Made by a program: the position numbers and the translations under genes | Part shown: positions 1 through 13,263 of the stretch, one piece after another | Layout of the letters: each line of letters begins with the position of its first letter | How positions within the stretch are numbered: position 1 is the stretch's first letter | Source of the DNA: Octopus vulgaris | Taxonomy: Eukaryota | Reading direction: 5' to 3' | Length of the DNA stretch: 64,000 nucleotides | Assembly: GCA_951406725.2 (NCBI GenBank) | Contig: OX597819.1 | Coordinates: forward strand, 82,894,001 to 82,958,000 | The notes under the pieces: generated by a model | What the model saw: only the letters and a program-made list of their open reading frames with translations | What the model was told of the DNA's origin: nothing | Database searches by the model: none

Positions 1-32
1 GTAGGCAGAAACTGAAAGAAGCCCGTCGTGTA

Positions 33-77
<45 letters not shown>

Positions 78-290
78 GTCTTTGTGTCTGTGTTTGGCTC
101 CCACTTGGCAACCGGTGTTGGTGTGTTTGCATCACCATAACTTGGCATTTTGGCAAAAGAGATTGATAGCATAAGTCCCAAGCTTAAAAAATATGTACTG
201 GGGTCAATTCATTTGACTAAAAGAAATTCAAGGTAGTGCCCCAGCATGACCGTAGTCTAATGACTGAAACAAGTTAAAGATAAAAGATAC
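1..290 (+). mobile_element. SINE-like interspersed repeat, 3' part (family recurs in the window)
   Basis: Ends ...ccagcatgaccgtagtctaatgactgaaacaagt..aaaga. Related copies at about 10190-10550, 12840-13040 and, reversed, 27000-27200, 37430-37890 and 47200-47300. Confidence 0.7.
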
Positions 291-310
291 ATATCTATGT
301 TTATGTACAC

Positions 311-363
<53 letters not shown>

Positions 364-374
364 TAGACACATTG

Positions 375-430
<56 letters not shown>

Positions 431-2424
431 CTTCACTTTGATTAAAACTGAAGAAAAAGATGAATAAGCCTCATAGCCAATGCTAGATGTATGTCAATAA
501 TTTGGTTATTTGCTTAAATAACTATAACTTTAAACTTACAAGGCCACCGTCAGTTCTTCTTTTAAAAACAAATAATAATCAGACTTACTGTTATAATTAT
601 TACTTAGTGCAATGAAACAAATGAAAAAGGGTTTCAGATGTCTAATTTATTATTGTTTATTGCAGATTTATTTTGTTTAGTAAATTTATTTCTTCATTCT
701 AAGATTTTTCTTATGTTTATCAGAAACAACTCTAGTATTGATAGCTGTTTGTACCCCTTAATAAACTAATGCTCTAGTATGGGCACAAGCCACTGACTAA
801 AATCAGTAAAATAATGGTTTCTGATTTGAAAGTGAGGGTTTGCATCGCTGGAAAATATATGATTGAAAAGAATTTTCTTTTGTGCTATGATTTAAGCTAT
901 TATCCTGACTAATAGAATATAGCATTTTGTTTGATGACAGATTTGTAAATACATTGTTACAAGGTCTGCTTTGTAATTGTGTTATCAACATAACATATGT
1001 TAACGATTTCTAAATTAGTCAAGCATTTTTCTATTAGTAAAGTAGCCAGATACATAGATATTCTAATAAATTATTTTATTGTCGTGAAGTATATAATATG
1101 TAATAGGTTTCTAAATTTGATTTACTGATGAAAATTCAAATGTAAATAAAATGTTTCATTTGCTAATAAAGTGCTTCTCTACAAAGAAACATTGAGTATA
1201 CACATTAAAAACCATATTGTTTCAATACTATCTCAAGCTAAAATATTTGTTAGATTTCTTTTAGTTAAGAATGATTTACTTTCCTCCTTATCAATCAAAA
1301 GAAGATCGCATGTGAAATATTTTTAGATGAAAGGCACTTTGCTAGCATATAATTTTATTAAGTGGATTTATTCAGTTACATTTCAATTCTTCATAAAGCA
1401 AAGTATGATTAATATTTTTCTTAAATCTGGTAATATTTAATTTTCATTAACAAATTTTTTGAAAGTTGGAATCAAAGTATCAATGATTTTGTGTTATCTG
1501 TTCTTATTCAGAAATAAATGTCATGATTAATATTATGTTTTATCTCCAGAAAGAAGTACTTTGCTCAAAACATTCATTTTAGCTTTAATAAAATTTTTAA
1601 AATATTTGAAATTTTCAAAACGTTTTTGTGTATTTGAATGTAGTCTATCATATCATTTTATTAGTTTTATTTTGATGCCATATACTTTTATTTATCCTCT
1701 ATTATTTTATTCACTTATCAGGAATTTTTTTTCTTTCATCAAATGTTTTATGAGAATTATCAATACCAGCAATTTCTTCATTGTTATTTCTCATTCTATA
1801 TGATTTGTTTTGATAATATTTACATATTCTTTAAAAATATTTTCTTGCTAGAGAATATTGAACCAATCATAAACTTCACAATATATGTTTATTTTTTCCT
1901 TTAGTCTAATATTATCAATCATATGCATTCATATACACACAAATATGCATGTATGCTCACACATGCATTTGGTTATATTCTACTGCATTACAATGCATGT
2001 ATGTCACATGCACATGCTCAAGTAGCCTTTAGGTTGATATATATATATATCAAGATGTTATACTGTCCTATAGATAAACAATTATCTTCATGCTAAATGT
2101 TTATTGTTCAAGTTTTGTGTAGAATTTTAAATTATTTAATTTCCTTCAATTTTTTTTCCTGTAAATAAATCATTATTTTCTCCTCATACTTAATGCTTAA
2201 CATTATCTCATTGTGTCTCTATGGAAGACATAACATTCCACATTATATCACTGAATCTTGCAGAGAAATTTACCTGCATTAAACAAGCACCACATCTGGA
2301 AGATCTGTGTCTGATATACAACAGACAATGTTAAGTACCACTCCTACAGGCCAGTGTGGTTCATGAAGCAATTAGGTTGACTGAATTAAATGGAAACAAG
2401 TAGTAATGTCAAATTATGAGTCTG

Positions 2425-5400
2425 TGAGCTAGTTTCAGTTGAAGCATTTCATTTCATGTATTCTATATTACCTTTGAGAATAGCATAAATATCATGCAAT
2501 TTTTCCCTCCACTTCATTATACATTAGTGACATCATGCCTAAGTAATAAATCAATATTAAGTTATCAAGCCAGTCTAAGCTATTTCCATGGTAAAGCATT
2601 CATTTTTCCAAACTAATTCAACTGTATACAGTCATTTGAACAACTAGAAATAACAGTCAAATTACTCTTAGATCACATCCCACATTCTTAAAAGAGATTA
2701 TATTAAGACTACATTGGATAACAGTTTTAGATACCTGATGCCTGAATATAATACATAATGTACATTTTTTTAATGCTTTTGGTTATAGGTTTACTCCTGA
2801 CCAGGGTCTAAAAAATAGCAACAACTGTAATATTCAGAAATAGATCACTTTTGCATTTCGTGTAGCAACATATTGATAGTTTGAAATACTTTATCACAAA
2901 CATGGCCCTTTATTCCTACTTTCATTCATAGAATTATTTAGATATGTTTGTATTATAATATTACTACTGATTTCTGATAGTGATTAAACTATGGAGAACA
3001 TCAATATCTCTATAGCTAATAAGTCTATGGTACTCATAATGTCAGTTATGTACAGTGTTGTAATATATTTAAATCTAAACACCTATTTAAATCATGCACA
3101 CTCAGATGTGGATACATAGGAGAAATAATAAAGGGGATCTCAGAAATATAGATGATGATGATGATCATGAAGATGGTAATATATTCAGACAGGTTAAGCA
3201 TCACTTTATACAAAACAAATACAAATATATAAGAAAAGTAATATGAATAAAATAAATACATATGAATAAATAAATATAAAAATACAAATCAAAGCAACCC
3301 ATCTCCACATGATTATAATCGTGATAACTGCTATGATAAGGAAGATGGGGAAATCATCATCATCATAGTTTTAGTCTAATCTTGTCCAGGCTTGCATAGG
3401 CCAGACAAAATTTACTGATTTTTCTATGACTAGATGCTCTTCTTTTTGCCAACCCTCACCTGTTTCTGGGCAGATATGCTTTCATGAAAGACTGCAAATG
3501 GGTGGCACTGCCTGTATCATAGTGACATCTGTTTACAATTAGCTTGCAATGTCAAGGCATAAGCACACACATGCATGTGTATGCAACTATATATACACAC
3601 ACATGTGACAAGCTCTTTTTCAGTTTCCTTCTACAAAGCTCACTTGCAGTGCTTTCGTTTGCCTTATCCAATGTCAACACTATAAATTGGTTGGCATTTG
3701 GAAGGGCATCCAGCAGTACAAACCATGACAAAACTAACCTCGCACGTGCTTGTGCTATGTAAGAAACTCAGTCCATTCTGTTGGGTGGTGGTTGGTATTA
3801 GGCAGGGCATCCAGTCATAAAAACCCTGCCAAAACAGACACAGAAGACTGGTGCAGGCTTCTGCCTGGCTGGCTCCTGTCAAACCGTCCAACCCATGCCA
3901 GCATGGAAGGGGGACAGTAAATGATGATGATGATGAATGTGCTGTGCAGTGGGACTGAACTTGAGGCCACATGAGTGCAAAACAAACTTCTTAATCATAC
4001 AGCCATGCCATCACCTATCAGTATTGTAATTTTAATTGTGGTTGTGGTTATGATTGTGGTCAAAATAATAATAATAATGAGTAATGTGAGAGACTGAACA
4101 TTTGATTTTTTGATTAAGAAGAAAATTATCAATTTATTAAAAATGCTTAATTCTCACATTTCTTATATCTTCCTTATCAAATGATATCTGAGTAAATCAG
4201 TGATTACTAGAGATATATAGCGAGAGCATTTTACTGTATTCTCTCTACTCCTATTCATTCATTACTAATTTCAGCTACACCAGCTTCCTCTTAAATGGCA
4301 TAGCAGTATTGTTTGTTGCATCACTGCACTTTATTTACTTGATGTGTAGATGCACTGTCTGTTAGCCAAGAATAGAACAACACATCCTTTTCTTGCTACT
4401 AATTGCTCTAGCAACAATAGACAACTAATTCTCACTATCTTCCTAAAGATTACTCTTCTGTTGCAGTGAAAATTGTGAAGGTCACAAGGACTATATAATA
4501 TGTTAGTCTTTCATTTCATTCTTTTTTTTTTTTTTTTTTTTGCCTGTTCGCATATGTTGACAAGAGAATTGGTATCTCTATTAGAAATTGCAAATAAATA
4601 CATCACATATGAAACTTATACATTAGAGGATTGCTGGGTAAATGAGTTTACCTTAATTTTTCTCTATTTTTTTAAAGTATTATCCTATTGTGTGGTAAAC
4701 ACTGTAGAGCAAACGATGAACTGAAGTTTTTGAGCCAGTTTTAGTTTAAAATTGAAACATTTCACTTCATGTATTCCACATTCCCCTTGAGAATAGCATA
4801 AATATTACAAAATTTCTTCCCAATAGATTTTTTCATCATACTCAAGTAATAAATCAATAAGTTATCCAACCAGTCTTAGCAAACTTTACGTGGTGAAGTA
4901 TTTTCTAATCATATTTTCCAACCATATTTTGACATTACTACTATTTTCAACACTTTGCTTAATTAGTTTTTGCAATGTACTGTTTCAATTAACAACCCAC
5001 TTCTATTACTTGTAATATGACAAATAGTTTCTAAGAAAAAACTAATAAATACCTAAATATATATTTACACTACTACAAAACTGGTATTTACAATGAAGGA
5101 AAAATAAGGAGAAATATTTTATTAAATTTTTTTATTACAATTAATATTTTGTTATAGCTAGTAATTCTAATTTTAGAAATATTTTTAATTCCAAAATATT
5201 TCTAATTTAACATCTTCAAAGAGAAAAGGTAGTTGCAGCTTTCAGAGGTTTCGTTAATGCCTAAAATTATTTCATTTTACTTCAATATGTCTAAAATTAA
5301 GTGTAAGGTTATGAATTCTGGTTTTCATACCACACTTAACTCCTAGGGTTAAATGTAATTGAATATATTCAGACAGGTTAAGCATCACTTTATTCAAAAC

Positions 5401-5491
5401 AAATACAAATATATAAGAAAAGTAATATGAATAAAATAAAAACACATGAATAGATATAAAAATACAAATCAAAGCAACCCATCTCCACATG
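2425..5491 (+). repeat. Old local duplication: blocks about 2425-2620 / 4732-4925 and 3178-3311 / 5362-5491
   Basis: Direct repeats read by eye, offsets about 2.2-2.3 kb; the second pair is nearly identical. Confidence 0.8.
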
Positions 5492-6736
5492 AGTAAGAAG
5501 CCACCACTTAGATAGGATTATGTACATGATAAGGATCTGACCCTCTCCCAATTTGATCACTTTCGCAAAGCAGATTTTCCAAAAATTGCCCCTGAATAAT
5601 AATGACCTTAACTAAGTTATGAAGGGTCTCCACATCCACTCAGGCCCTTCACAATTCAGCAAGCTCTCATTTTTTAACAGATCACTGAAATGTTTTCTAT
5701 TAACCATCTTTCATTCAGAGGCTCCCAAAACTCTCTGCTAAACATAATCTCTAGCCTGTCTTGTATGTAAAGAGGATACATCACTATTTCATAGTCATCA
5801 TCAGTCCCTGGTACTAGAGGCAAGTTGGAAGAGAGAATTCACTTGTTTCTACTCCAGCCATTCCTGGGGCTATGATTACTAGTGTTCTGGAAAGATCTCA
5901 GTGCCACCAGTTTCATTGACCATCTCTCTGTTTCCTCAGTGAGGTACATTTTTAGGAAAGCCTCATTGTCTTTGAGATCATAGGAACCTAGGTGTCTGTA
6001 CAGACCCTACTTGAGCACTATTTGATGCAAGATGCCTCTGCACTCACCACATTTCCATAGTGCTGCATAAAGGTGACAATAAATCAAGATTTGATATTTG
6101 TGCCAACATCTCTAGCTGTAGTTCCAATATGTCTAATATTTTGTGACACCAGCTTGTAGGCAGGTATACGGCTCACAGACTCTACCTGTCTGCTTGCCTC
6201 ATCCTCATTCTCAGACACTAAATACACACTTCCTTAGTCTATGAAGGACACATTCTGTCACATATCAGGTATGGCTTCTGCTATTCACTTTCCATTTTTT
6301 GAAAAGCAGTGTTGTGCTATACAACAACGACAATGGATAAAGTAGCAGCAGCAAGAATATGAAATAAATATTATAATGGCACAATAATAATGGCAATGAT
6401 GATGACAATAGCAAGAAAAACAATAGTTTTGAAAACGTATTTATTCACACTTTAGATTAATTTTCATTTTCAAAATGAGTTTTCCTGTAGAGTGGTTTAC
6501 AATCATAGAATACAGCACATCTTTCATTCAATGCATTTGCCATATTTTATTCTATGAGTGCTACAGTCACTTTTAAACATATATGTTTGATGATGTTTAT
6601 GATTGGTGAGAGATTTCTTAAACTGTTTTAGAATTTGCTTGTTATATCTTTCACAACATTATATTTTGCCAAATAAATCAAAATTAAGCTTCTGTTAATG
6701 TTTGACTGGTTAAATAAAACAGTATATTTTTTATAG

Positions 6737-6846
6737 GTGTGAAGCAACCGTGCTTAAACCACCACTGCAATTTCCACGGAGTGTGCGTAGTTCGTGAAGG
6801 AAGGGCTGAATGTGACTGCCCAACTTGTTCAGAGGAATTTGATCCA
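6737..6846 (+). CDS. AGRN: Agrin exon: follistatin N-terminal half ([36 protein letters not shown])
   Basis: ttttatag acceptor, gtaagt donor, phase 1 to 0; FOLN Cys pattern. Confidence 0.9.
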
Positions 6847-7493
6847 GTAAGTTAAAAAGTAGACCTTTTTAATTTCTTTTTTTTTTTTTTTTTCACTTAC
6901 TAGAACTGGAGGAAAGGATGGCTGCCATGCCTTTGCAAGCCTTTGAAATTGGTGAGATTAATATATTAATGTTCTTGTTGAATCATTACAAACCAACTCC
7001 TGCAGGAAAGACAAAAGCAAGGAAAGAGTTCCAGAAGGCATACGCTCTGAGAAGGACGACTGGGCATAGAGTTTAGTGCAAACTCTGATAAGATTTGACA
7101 CAACTGGCATGAAGAGAGGAGTAGGAAAGACAAATGAGTCACAAGTGCCTTAATGGAAGTAGCATGAGACTAGCCAGTTCTAAGGAGTGGGGACCATTTA
7201 GTTGCAACAGAAAAGGCAGACTAGTCTAGGAGTGACTTTATACCAATCAGTTAAATGGCTCTTTTCTGAATATGGGTGTTTTAATAATTTACAATTAAAT
7301 AATTGTTAATACTAACATACTTTAGCTTTAAAATTACACATATACACAGTATATACTTGCACAAACACTCATACATGCACACATGTGTGTGAGTATGTAT
7401 GTATATGTTTTTGTTTTTAAGTGTGTTCCCATGTGTATGTTATTTCATACATGTGTATATATATGCATGTATGTTTGTGTATATATATATTGA

Positions 7494-7525
<32 letters not shown>

Positions 7526-10500
7526 GATAGATAGATAGATAGATACATGCATGCATATACATAGGCATATATATATATATATATATGCATGAGTCATCTA
7601 ACTCTCCATAAGTCAGGGAAAAGAGTCACTCATATATCTGTCAATAGAGTGGGTATATTATCTGAAATGTACAGTATTAAATATCTATCACGGCTTATTT
7701 TACCAATCAGTTTCATGCTAGGAATACAATGGAGTGTTAGGTAACAATCCAATTATATAATCTTATGCTCATTAGAGATAGCTGATGTGGAAAGGAATAT
7801 GGGGACTGCTCTCTATTGTCGAAGGTGAATTGACATATCTCATTTGTGGTTGCTCTGAAAAAAGATGGTGAAACAAAAACGGGCAGGGGATTAGGCTAGG
7901 TTAGGTGTTATGTCCCTTGGTTAGATGATAAGAGTTATCTTGAAGTGTTTGTGGGAAATGCATGTGGTGCTCCAGTGAGTTACTCTGGAGTTCTGTGTTT
8001 GTAATTCACAAGGTCAGTATGACTTGCCTGATAAAAAATTATATATTCTTTTATATGTTTCAGTCCAATGACTGTGGCCATGCTGGAGCAGCGCCATTTC
8101 ATTTTGGCACTATATATATATTGTTTTTGCTCTAAAAGAGAATGGCTCTCCCCAGACACAATAATATATATATATATGTATGCAAGCAGCAGGAAGAGGT
8201 TGTTAGGAGGATATGCCTTAGGGAATATATTCAACAAGGGAGATTGGGAGATGGAGTGGAGAGGAATACAGCAGTTGGACAGCATATTTAGGGGCAAATG
8301 GGGAGGTGTTGCAAAGATGAGATGCTGGGGAGTGGTTTGTTAGGAACAGATTAAATGCAGGATCAGGGCATAAACATAAAGGATATGCTTTTGTGGCCTC
8401 AACTTTAATTAGCTGGATGGGTCTTCCCAAGCACAGCAAATCTCAATTATCTCAGTCCTATGTTATTTCCTCTGTGAGGCTCAGCTTCTTTATATCATTT
8501 TTCACCACTACTTCCTCCCGTATTTTCTTGGGGCTTCCTTTTCCACAGATGTGTATACATACATGTATGTATGTATGTATGTATGTATGTATGTATGTAT
8601 GTATGTATGTATATATGGATGTGTGTGTGTGTGCATATCTGCACCAGTGTATGTATATATAAGTACACACATGAATGCCTATCTAATTATTATAAACCTT
8701 TCTTACTATATATCAAATAAACATATTAACATTTAAATATTACCAACTTTTGTTTAGAATATTGCTTCGAAGTTGAATTTCATTATTAAATTACATTTTT
8801 CAAATGCATTTGATCATATATTACATGACTAACTCTGTAATTCTTGCATTTAATTGGATATATCCAGAATGCTGAACTTATTAGTAGCTGAAGAGTTTTC
8901 AGGTGTAAGATTTGGTATTTTGGTGAACACTCAATAACAACCTAGACAAGTTAAGGAAAATAATTTATTCAGTAGAATTCAGAGTAACTAATGACATTCT
9001 ATAGAAATACCCATCCTATAGTATTTGCAAACAAAAATAAACCAAATATATGCTCCCTTTAAACATCTTTGGCAAAGAAAATCAGTAAAATATTTTACAA
9101 TTTTCATTAAAAGCCATATTAGTCTGTATTCTACTGGTGTTTCTCAAAAAAACCAGCTACAACTTTGCTGCTGTTAACACTTTAAAATGTGAATCATTTC
9201 CCTCCTCTTTCATAAAAGATAGCTGTCTGTTCTCACTAGTCATACTCTGAGGGACACATTATGCTTGACCAAGATATAGATACACTTAGTGAATACCAGT
9301 TAACAAGCATATTCTGATCCAAATAAAATAGAAACAAACTCACCTTTCTTGTTCCTTATCTCTTCACAAAAGAGAAAACAACAGATTCATAGATACTTGA
9401 TGAAAACACTTCAAAAGAAGAAACCAAGAACAGTCTATCGAAAAGAGATAACTGAGTATAAGGAAATATTGCAAGAGATGTTATAGAAATAGACCACAGC
9501 TTTAGAATTTAAAGTAAAAAATATGCCTTGTTCCTGAGAGCTAATAAAGATATAACATTTCTGGAGGACATAAAACTAATCCATTCTTTGCACTCTACTG
9601 ACTCCCAGAAATCTATATATATATAAAGCTGAAGTTGTCTGTGTGTGGCAGGTTTGGTAGCCTTCAACTAACACTATCTCCTCCGAGACCCTGCAGCTCA
9701 AGTTGACGAAAATTGAGAGTATGATAGAAGAAGGCCTGCTCTTCATTCTGTAGAAGATAAAATTCAAATTGGACCATGTTAAGACCAAAAATTATTTACA
9801 CCAAAAAGGTGCTTTTTTTCTATGAAAATCCCTATTTTTTACGAGTTTTTGACTGCTGTGTCACCATTTTTCGGTGTATTTCAACCAGAAAAATGTTCGC
9901 CTCAAGAGAACAACAAGCTACATAATGCAAAATTTTTACTTTTCAAAAATTCCAATTCTAAAGGGTCAAAACAAACCTGAGCAACTCCGGGCGATACTGC
10001 TAGTAATTGATAAAATTCATGTTGAAGATACCATGCTTAGACACAGGCTTACTATCTTAACCTTATTAGTAACATTTTTCAAATTAAATTTTATGTTGTT
10101 GTAATAACACCATTGTAGCTTAAATGAGAAGAGAAAAAACACTATGCACAGTATATAGTAAGCACAAGCATGACTTTGTAGTTATTTTGTAACCATGTGG
10201 TTTCATGTTCACTCCAACACCTTGTGACCTTAGGCTAGGGTATCTTGATATAGCTTGAGGCTGACCAGTGTCTTACTAGTGAATTTAGTATAGGGAAACT
10301 TCATGGAAGCCCAACCCATTCTATGCATGTATGTGTATGTGTGTGCGTGCATGTGTGTGTGTGTGTCCTTGCATCTGTTTTTGACAGCTAGTGTGGGTTT
10401 GTTTAAATCCCCATAGATTAATGGTTTGGTAAAAAAGACCAACAGAATTAGTACCAGACTTAAGTAAGTACTGGATGAATTGTTTAATTAAAACCTTTGG

Positions 10501-13224
10501 GATTATGTCCCAGCATGGCCACAGTCTAATAACTTAAACAAATAAAAGGTAAAGTGAATGTTTTGACCTTCGGTTATGTACCAGAATCAGTTTATATTCA
10601 AATTCTCTTAAATAAGTAAATCAGTATGTATCATAGAAGTTGCTTTTTGTTTGATAGTATTTATTATTAAGGATTTTCCAGTATTTTCCAGCTTTCAGTT
10701 ACAGCTTGTTGTCCTCTGACTGATTCTGAGAGAGGGGAAATCTAACTTGTAACATATTCTTTTAATATGATACAATGATGCTACTTCCATCATCTTAAGT
10801 TTAGAAAAAGAAAGAGTCTAATACCTCGTAAATGCCATTGCAAATGCAAAGGATATTAGCCTTATGTTTTTCAACTTTCGTCAAAGAGGAGTGCTCAATC
10901 AAGGTCCTATATAATCAGAGAAGTATTTTAAAATTAATTGATATAACATTTGTTTAGTACACACAGTTTAAGAATGCCATCTATTCTATCCAGTTTAAGA
11001 TAATTGATCCCCCTTTTATGCTCTTTTTCCATCATTTTCTAAAGCAGACTCAAGAATTCAGGTGGGTGAGAAAAATGTAATATGTTAATACCTAAGGGGA
11101 AGGGAATGTTGAGAGTAAAGTTTAGGGGTTTTCTTATAACATTTCCTTGATGTAATAACAAGAAAATGCTATAACAAAAACCTAATCATAACCTCATCTC
11201 TCCTCAAAGTTTTCAATTCTACTGACTTTTCTTGTATTTTCTCCTCTCTCCATCTGTTACTTCTTTGGCATTTGTTACCTCTGTCCTCTCTTACTTTCCC
11301 TTCTTCTATCATTAGATTGTTCTAAAATCATTTCTCCAAGTTTTTTAGCAATAAGAATCTGGCTTTAACATATATATAAAGACTCCTAACATGTTTGTGT
11401 TACTTATCTGGTACTGAGATGCACTGCTTTGGTTACACTATAGAAACCAAATTAAAAAATAAAGAAGGAACTTTTCATGTTTTGATAATTCTGAATGAGA
11501 ATTGAAGTCACATTTCTTAATTTTGAATATCTTGTTGATAAGACAGCATTTTACAATAGGAAATATATTAAAAAGCTACTTGAATAATCAAAAGCATGAA
11601 ATTAATTGTCATACAGTGAGATAGAAATCATAGTGATTCAGGAAATGTCATATTACATTGTTATATAGTCTCTGTAATTCATCTACTGCTTATTAAATGT
11701 ATGAATAGCGAAAAAGTTATAACAATAGTATTTTATACATGTTTCTCTCTCCAATGTTCTCATTCCAGGTATGTGGCATGAATGGCATATCATATACGAA
11801 TGAATGCAAACTGAGACTAGAAAACTGCCAAAAGAGGTCTGATGTAAAAGTGAAACACAAAGGACTTTGCAGTATGTTTTATTTTCTTCTAAAATTCTAT
11901 TAATTATTTCTTTAATTTAGGATATATTTATTTTCACCCTCTCACACAAACTTTGATTAATATTAAGATTAATATTAGATATTAGAATGATCTCAAAAAT
12001 TCATTCTTAACATGAATATTTCATTAATGACGGAGCAAATTGCAGTATCAGAACAAATAGGAAATTGTGTTTATGGCTCTCATCATGCCATGACTGTATA
12101 ATATGACTCCAATAATGTGATTATTGTCAAATGGATCTGGTGATTAGGCAATTGTATAACACTTATATTTTTTTAATTCTATAATGTGTTTAGTGAACAA
12201 TAAATGTTTTCAAAGATCCACTCATTGCATTTTTGATTGCAAGTGTGACAAGTGACAAATTATAATGGCTGTAGAATGTCATATTGCATTGCAATATAGT
12301 TTTCTAACACATCTAATATATTAAATATAAGAACAGAGAAAAGTTCATTAATAACACTATTTTTTACATTTTTTTTTCCAATTTTTGCACAGCTCAGTTC
12401 AAAGCAAAGACCATACATAGTTTTTGGTTGTTTTCTTTTTATTTAGAGACATCCTTTTCATGATGTTTACATCTTTTGTTAATATACATCAATAAATTAT
12501 ATATATATACGTTTTTATTATTATTTTGTTATTCTACCTATTATATACCTAAATTATATATGTATATAAATTTTATAGCTCTACTTGTCACTGTCCTTTC
12601 CATGGTTTTTAAGCAAGGAATATTTTTATTCCATATGTCATCAAAGGAGAAAAGCTAATAAATGACTAATTGATAGGAAAGATGACAACAACATGATATG
12701 TGAACAATTTTTGAAGAACTGCAAATGTAAACTAATACATATACACACTCACATATGCACACTTACATATAAATATATGTTCATACATCCATACATGCAT
12801 GCACACACACACACATAAATATATACACAACAAGCTTTGTGTTTGTTGTGTGTGTCTGTGTTTGTCCCCGCCCCCCAACATTGCTTGACAACCGATGGTG
12901 GTCTGTCTATGTCCCCATCACTTAGTGGTTCAGCAAAAAGTGACTGATAGAATAAATACTAGGCTTACAAAGAATAAGTCCTGGGGTTTATTTTATTCGA
13001 CTAAAGGTGGTGCTCCAGCATGACCACAGTCAAACGACTGAAACAAGTAGAAGAGTAAGCTCTTTGCAGTTTCCTTCTACCAAATTCACTATGATATTGG
13101 TCAACATGGGGCTACAACATTACTTGGCCAAAGATGCCAAGTAATGGGACTGAAGCTTAAACAATGTACAGTGTAGTAGTTAAGTGAACCTCTTAACTAC
13201 ACACAACGATGCCTGTGCCTACAA

Positions 13225-13263
<39 letters not shown>

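Noticed and set aside
2264-2335. Possible extra Cys-containing exon (KFTCIKQAPHLEDLCLIYNRQC) after ttgcag
   Set aside because: It runs into a stop with no good donor and has no recognisable agrin domain pattern.
5495-6300. GC-richer intronic stretch, possibly a nested gene
   Set aside because: No sustained ORF or recognisable motif on either strand; likely an old TE remnant.
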